Assembly: GCF_916098175.1 (NCBI RefSeq)
Contig: NZ_OU701449.1
Length of the DNA stretch: 24,000 nucleotides
Strand: one strand, 5' to 3'
From: Escherichia coli
GTDB lineage: Bacteria; Pseudomonadota; Gammaproteobacteria; Enterobacterales; Enterobacteriaceae
Part shown: positions 23,653 to 24,000 of the stretch, piece after piece
Layout: every line of letters starts with the position of its first letter
Position numbering within the stretch: position 1 is the stretch's first letter
The notes under the pieces: model-generated
The model's input: only the letters and a program-made list of their open reading frames with translations
Told to the model about the DNA's origin: nothing
Databases searched by the model: none
Translations under genes and position numbers: made by a program

Positions 23653-24000
23653 TAATCCCCCTTCAGCAAGGCTTTTTTACGGGCAGCAAATAGACTTTTG
23701 GCCTCTTCATGAGAGAGTGCCGGGCGTGGATCGTCAATGGCGGCCTGCACCTGCTCTCGAAACCAGGCATCATACGCGGCAGCTTCATGAGCTCGTTTTA
23801 ATGCCTCAGCCCTGTCTGGTCGGGTCGTTTTCTTCTGACCGTCCGGGTCGTAATTAGAGGCGTCGACTTCAAACCGGGCAATACCAACATCTTTCAGGTA
23901 GTTGACAACCGTTTCCAGCCGTTTGAACAGGCGGATTTGCCGACTGCGTTGTGCTGCAAGAGGCCGTTCAGTGTGGCCGTATTTCACGGTCAACGACCAG
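23652..24000 (-). CDS. Cognate antitoxin of the RelE/ParE module; frame is open to the right edge, so the true start may be outside the window
   Basis: The C-terminal portion RAEALKRAHEAAAYDAWFREQVQAAIDDPRPALSHEEAKSLFAARKKALL resembles PaaA2-like antitoxin motifs (YxxWxRxxVxxxxxDPRPAxxHxEx). The track start at 23993 is TTG and no in-frame stop precedes it in the window. Confidence 0.78.
   Translation of the reverse strand, partial: WSLTVKYGHTERPLAAQRSRQIRLFKRLETVVNYLKDVGIARFEVDASNYDPDGQKKTTRPDRAEALKRAHEAAAYDAWFREQVQAAIDDPRPALSHEEAKSLFAARKKALLKGD

Overview
The window is an ordinary Escherichia coli-type core chromosome segment. It is the ybiT-ldtB-ybiR-mntR-mntS-ybiP-ompX-rhtA-dps-glnHPQ-ybiO-rlmF-mcbA-fiu-ybiX-ybiI-ybiJ-ybiC-ybiB-dinG block, and nearly every large ORF is recognisable. 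Gene identities come from recalled protein families and K-12 gene order; no search was run. Several regulatory sites can be read directly: an MntR-type palindrome, a Fur-like box, sigma54/NtrC sites for glnH, a LexA-like box for dinG, and multiple hairpins. The mntS small-protein gene is missing from the supplied ORF track. The one region that looks accessory is the right edge, where a two-gene RelE/ParE-type toxin-antitoxin module sits directly upstream of the SOS-regulated dinG-ybiB genes. I found no convincing large undescribed system. The items most worth a second look are that module and its junction with dinG, the hairpin abutting the ybiX start, the hairpin repeat between glnH and glnP, and a perfect 30-bp palindrome between rhtA and dps.
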